A DNA stretch of 64,000 nt from NCBI GenBank assembly GCA_038247415.1, contig JBBRUX010000006.1:32001-96000 (forward strand), written 5' to 3'. The notes beneath the pieces were generated by a model, which saw nothing but the letters and a program-made list of their open reading frames with translations, searched no databases and had not been told where the DNA came from. Position numbers and translations under genes: made by a program. Source of the DNA: Chitinivibrionales bacterium. GTDB taxonomy: Bacteria > Fibrobacterota > Chitinivibrionia > Chitinivibrionales > WJKA01. Shown one piece after another: positions 60,462 through 64,000 of this stretch (positions are counted from its first letter, which is position 1; the number at the start of each line of letters is the position of its first letter).

Positions 60462-61103
60462 ATGAAAGCATATGTATATTGGTCCTTTATCCCCAAAAAT
60501 GAGTTTTCTGCCGAATTAAAGCGAGTACTTGAATGTCTTCCTCAATCATTCCTTGTACCTATCTCTAAAAAACAAATTTTAAATGATCAATTAGCATCAA
60601 CGGTTGGGAAATATCTCCTTAAGCATTGCTTGGGTCATTGTGGGATTTCTTCGGATCATCTTAAAAATCTTGTTCTCGATAGCAATGGTCGACCTTACAT
60701 TCCAGGAATAGGCGATTTTAATATCTCGCATTCTGGGGATATTGTTGTGTGCGCGTTTTGTCAGGACGGCCGGGTTGGGGTAGACATAGAAAAAATAGGG
60801 AAATTAAAAAGCGATGATTTGGGGAGCCAACTCTCATTATCGCAGAAAAAAAAGATCGATTCCGCAATCAATCCCGCCCGTGCATTGTATGATCTCTGGA
60901 CGCAATGTGAAAGTGTTCTCAAGGCTGATGGTGCTGGGCTTAGTGCTTCTCTTAAAGATATTGAGCTTGCCGATGGGCATGCAATCTTTGCTTCAAAGAA
61001 GTGGTTTCTTTATCCGTTGACTTTAGAGCAAGGCTACGCTGCTTACCTGGCTACAAATAATGCATCTGTAGAGATATCGTATCATTCCCCGTGTAGTGCA
61101 TAA
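60462..61103 (+). CDS. 4'-phosphopantetheinyl transferase (Sfp type)
   Basis: GRPY, FNISHSG, VGVDIE, WTQCESVLKADG. Confidence 0.93.
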   Translation: MKAYVYWSFIPKNEFSAELKRVLECLPQSFLVPISKKQILNDQLASTVGKYLLKHCLGHCGISSDHLKNLVLDSNGRPYIPGIGDFNISHSGDIVVCAFCQDGRVGVDIEKIGKLKSDDLGSQLSLSQKKKIDSAINPARALYDLWTQCESVLKADGAGLSASLKDIELADGHAIFASKKWFLYPLTLEQGYAAYLATNNASVEISYHSPCSA

Positions 61104-61113
61104 CAAAAGCGAA

Positions 61114-61929
61114 TTATTCTGAAGCATTGAGCTCAAATAAAAACCCTGAGTAAGCTACGACATCGTAGTCGGGGCAAAATGGAATTTTACATTGCTTTTC
61201 TGGGTTAAGCCAATCATCTATCAATGTGTAGCCTTGAGCTTTAATATCATTTATAAAAGTGGTTCTGTTTTGAATGGAATACGGGCAGATTGCGACACCA
61301 ATGTTTTGTAGCGTTACAAAGTGTTGTAAATCGGTTAACGGGACTCCCGAAATAAGAATCCATTTTGGTTTGTTTGACAAGGTACTTATCATTTCGGCAA
61401 GCGATGATTGAAGATATTGTAATGAACCTGCTGCAAAAAAAATTGATGCTCCGGATGCATCGGCAAGAGATGGTGTAAAAGATAGATGTGATACACCTTG
61501 TGTTCCTTGAGCATAGATTTTACCTTCTGCAATTATTGCAGGTAAATCACACACCTTCCAGGTAAAATTATTGGGGTAGTTGAGATAACGTGTATAAGCA
61601 TAATATTTGACGCCAATATGCCCTCCAAAATCAAATAGTGTTGTATGCCCTTTTGAAATGAGCCGAGATAACCAAAACATGATAGCATAATCGCGCGGAT
61701 TAATTTGATTGATAAGATCGTAGTGCTTATGCGCAGCCAGAGCGGAATCATAGCTTACAGGTAGGTTTATCGGGATAGCTTTTGTAGCAGCATTGAAATT
61801 AGGATATATTCCGAAATAAGTACCTTTAAATGCAAAAAAATTCTTTATATAGTGCTTACTTAAAAGTAGTTTTCTAAAGATTACGATACTGTGCTTAGCT
61901 GCTTTTGCAGCACGATCAAGTATACTCAT
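61114..61929 (-). CDS. Putative SAM-dependent methyltransferase (TIGR04325-like)
   Basis: LFDFGGHIG, WKVCDLP, GSLQYL, FVTLQN motifs. Confidence 0.8.
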   Translation of the reverse strand: MSILDRAAKAAKHSIVIFRKLLLSKHYIKNFFAFKGTYFGIYPNFNAATKAIPINLPVSYDSALAAHKHYDLINQINPRDYAIMFWLSRLISKGHTTLFDFGGHIGVKYYAYTRYLNYPNNFTWKVCDLPAIIAEGKIYAQGTQGVSHLSFTPSLADASGASIFFAAGSLQYLQSSLAEMISTLSNKPKWILISGVPLTDLQHFVTLQNIGVAICPYSIQNRTTFINDIKAQGYTLIDDWLNPEKQCKIPFCPDYDVVAYSGFLFELNASE

Positions 61930-62002
61930 GAAGACTTACTTTCGGTTTGACATTGTGTGGCCAGACCCACTATTTTTTTATGCTGACAAATAATACTTTG
62001 GT

Positions 62003-62836
62003 TTAGCAAAATTTTCGCTTCATCCAGTCTGCAACTGCTGCAAACATTGCAGCGCGCTCGCTTAGTTGCACAAATAAATGGTCGGAATTTTTAAAGTACA
62101 AAAGTTCGGCCTGATTTTTAAAATCAACTTTTTTGAACATGTCCCAAAATTGATTTTCATAGTTATAAATTACCGGTATCCCACCTGTATATATATAGAG
62201 TAATGTTGTTTTTCGGGATATAATGGTAGCAAGCTCATTCATGATTATTGTTTTTGGTTCGAATTGTATGAGCTGAATTGTGGGCTTGGAAGCAGAAATG
62301 TTGCTCTTTGCAGAGCGAAACAAGGCTTTCCATGTACGTGATATATACGTACCCCATTTTTTAAGCGAGAAAAGGGGAAGAACCCGATCGATACAATGAA
62401 ACTTTAGGGTGAGATACGCAAATGAATCTACTTGAACAGTTCCTACAATGCGCGGATCCTTTAATGCTATATCATGAGCAATAAGGGCACCTCGGCAAAG
62501 TCCGTATACTACAAATGTTGTTGCATTGCGTTTTTGTTGCAAGTAATCCATCGACTGAATTATGTCAAGGAGAATGCGTTCGTCTTCCGAGGCTTTTCCA
62601 TACGCCTGCATGCTGTCGCCGATGCCGTGCATATCAAACCGGAAACTTGTAAAACCTTCTTCTGCCAGAAATCGGGCAAGGTCAACGTGTTCACGATAGG
62701 GCCCACAATGGGGCAAAATGCCTGCATTGATAATAATAAAAATGGGTGCATTTTCACGTTTCGGTGTAGAAACCGGTTCGGTAATAATGCCACAAAGACT
62801 CTGGTTGTCTCCGTAGGTAAAAAGGCGTTCAATCAT
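62003..62836 (-). CDS. Alpha/beta hydrolase (exosortase-system hydrolase-1-like)
   Basis: LCGIITEP, NAGILPHCGP, RFDMHGIGDS, elbow GLCRGA, DHLF. Confidence 0.8.
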   Translation of the reverse strand: MIERLFTYGDNQSLCGIITEPVSTPKRENAPIFIIINAGILPHCGPYREHVDLARFLAEEGFTSFRFDMHGIGDSMQAYGKASEDERILLDIIQSMDYLQQKRNATTFVVYGLCRGALIAHDIALKDPRIVGTVQVDSFAYLTLKFHCIDRVLPLFSLKKWGTYISRTWKALFRSAKSNISASKPTIQLIQFEPKTIIMNELATIISRKTTLLYIYTGGIPVIYNYENQFWDMFKKVDFKNQAELLYFKNSDHLFVQLSERAAMFAAVADWMKRKFC

Positions 62837-63615
62837 GAGGCAGACTCCAAAAATGTTTGAGCCACGCTTTTTGCTGCCTCGAGATTAAGAATCATTTTGT
62901 CAATAGCTTTGTGATTGGTAGTGTCTATTGATGTTGTGGTAAAAATCCGTTTCGTGTGCGCAGGATGCGTTGAGTGCTTATGAAGAAATGCATCGGCATC
63001 TATATCTGTTTCAGGCGCTGCAACACAAACAAATTTTACTTTGTCTAGCGCTGCATCAAGCAAATTTAATTGACTAATCTCATTCCAAAGCTCTTTGGAA
63101 TATTCAAAACCAGAACATTCAACAAAATCTCCATGAATAGGGGGTGCTCCAAGAAGCTTTGCATGCAAGAGCGAAATTTCGTCGAGATAGGTGGTTCCAC
63201 GCACAATAGGATCCCATACAAAAAGATTGTCGCAAGAAAGTCCTTTGTCAATCGCTTGTGCAGCAAGTGTTGCTCCAAGCCGCATTCCGATGATATTTAT
63301 TGTTGTGACCTCTGCCCGATCGCATAATTCTTCGGTTGCCGTGGCAATATCTGCGATCCATTGCGCAATGGAGCTCTCACGGCTTTTGCCATTGGAATCG
63401 CCGTTTCCAGAATAGTCGAACCGCAATACAGCGTAGCCGCTATTGGCAAGTAAATTTGCGAGTTGTTTGACGATAAGGTGAGCTCGAATATATTCATGGA
63501 AAATGGGTGTGCAGAGCAAAACTGCATTACTTTGCAAGGCTACTGTGCCTATTGGTGGGTGATATACCCCATACAGCGGGTATTGTGAGGAGCTAAAAAA
63601 AAATGGATGTGCCAT
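62833..63615 (-). CDS. Alpha/beta hydrolase-fold protein (exosortase-system hydrolase-2-like)
   Basis: LYGVYHPP, LRFDYSGNGDS, elbow GMRLGA, WDPIVRG. Confidence 0.8.
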   Translation of the reverse strand: MAHPFFFSSSQYPLYGVYHPPIGTVALQSNAVLLCTPIFHEYIRAHLIVKQLANLLANSGYAVLRFDYSGNGDSNGKSRESSIAQWIADIATATEELCDRAEVTTINIIGMRLGATLAAQAIDKGLSCDNLFVWDPIVRGTTYLDEISLLHAKLLGAPPIHGDFVECSGFEYSKELWNEISQLNLLDAALDKVKFVCVAAPETDIDADAFLHKHSTHPAHTKRIFTTTSIDTTNHKAIDKMILNLEAAKSVAQTFLESAS

Positions 63616-63621
63616 ATGAAA

Positions 63622-64000
63622 TTAAGATAATACCTTTTTAGCAAGGAATGCAAAAAATCCCGCTTTTTTAGTTTCAGCAGGGTGTATGGCTTGTTCTTCG
63701 ATTAGTGTTGAAGGGCTATCATCTGAAAAAAATTCATGGCATATCTGCTCTAAGTTGTTTAAAAGCAAAACTCGAGGATTGATGCGCACTTTCTTTTCCC
63801 GTTCAATGCGTTCAACAACTATCATTGATAAAAGTGAATAGCCACCAAGTTCAAAGAAGTTGTCATGAATGCCAATTACATCTTTGGCAAGAAGCTCTTT
63901 CCAGAGCGATGCAAGATAGTGTTGTGTTGGCGTGGTAGGCAGTATGATTTCGCGTTGCTGTTTAAGAGGCATCTCGCTTGGCATGGGTAATGCGCTATCG
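63622..64000 (-). CDS. 3' end of an NRPS-like protein (end of adenylation domain plus carrier domain), 5'-truncated by the window
   Basis: Frame open to the window edge (DSALPMP, like the A-domain-terminal xALP motif); LWKELL…IHDNFFELGGYSLL Ppant motif. Confidence 0.85.
   Translation of the reverse strand, partial: DSALPMPSEMPLKQQREIILPTTPTQHYLASLWKELLAKDVIGIHDNFFELGGYSLLSMIVVERIEREKKVRINPRVLLLNNLEQICHEFFSDDSPSTLIEEQAIHPAETKKAGFFAFLAKKVLS

Overview
A 64-kb window of an AT-rich Gram-negative bacterial chromosome. The gene content (OmpA/TSP3 protein, T9SS/FlgD-type C-terminal domains, CsgG-like proteins, Agl-Glt-like core) suggests Fibrobacterota/Chitinivibrionia; this is inference. Left to right: (1) 1-12.1 kb, a trans-envelope motor locus (OmpA anchor, beta-barrel-TPR fusion, giant TPR protein, ExbB/AglR-like subunit, two ExbD-like subunits, AgmX/PglI-type TonB-like protein, second beta-barrel); (2) a CUT1 sugar ABC transporter, tRNA-Thr(CGT) and trpS; (3) gatC-kdsB-REC/GAF/HD-GYP, a B12 radical SAM enzyme and zapB-zapA-rny-ymdB; (4) a receptor-like Ser/Thr kinase with LRR and lectin-like domains; (5) a complete F1Fo ATP synthase operon running straight into motA-motB and a membrane-anchored PilZ protein; (6) 41-64 kb, a surface-polysaccharide region with two paralogous beta-helix proteins (one split by a frameshift at a T9 tract), a flippase, glycosyltransferases, a WecA fused to a degenerate receiver domain, two divergent sigma-54 promoter matches, a PPTase, two exosortase-system-type hydrolases and the 3' end of an NRPS. 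Two small ORFs missed by the ORF track (58 aa and 30 aa) have strong RBSs. No CRISPR array, rRNA or mobile element was seen. All family assignments come from reading motifs by eye; no database searches were run.
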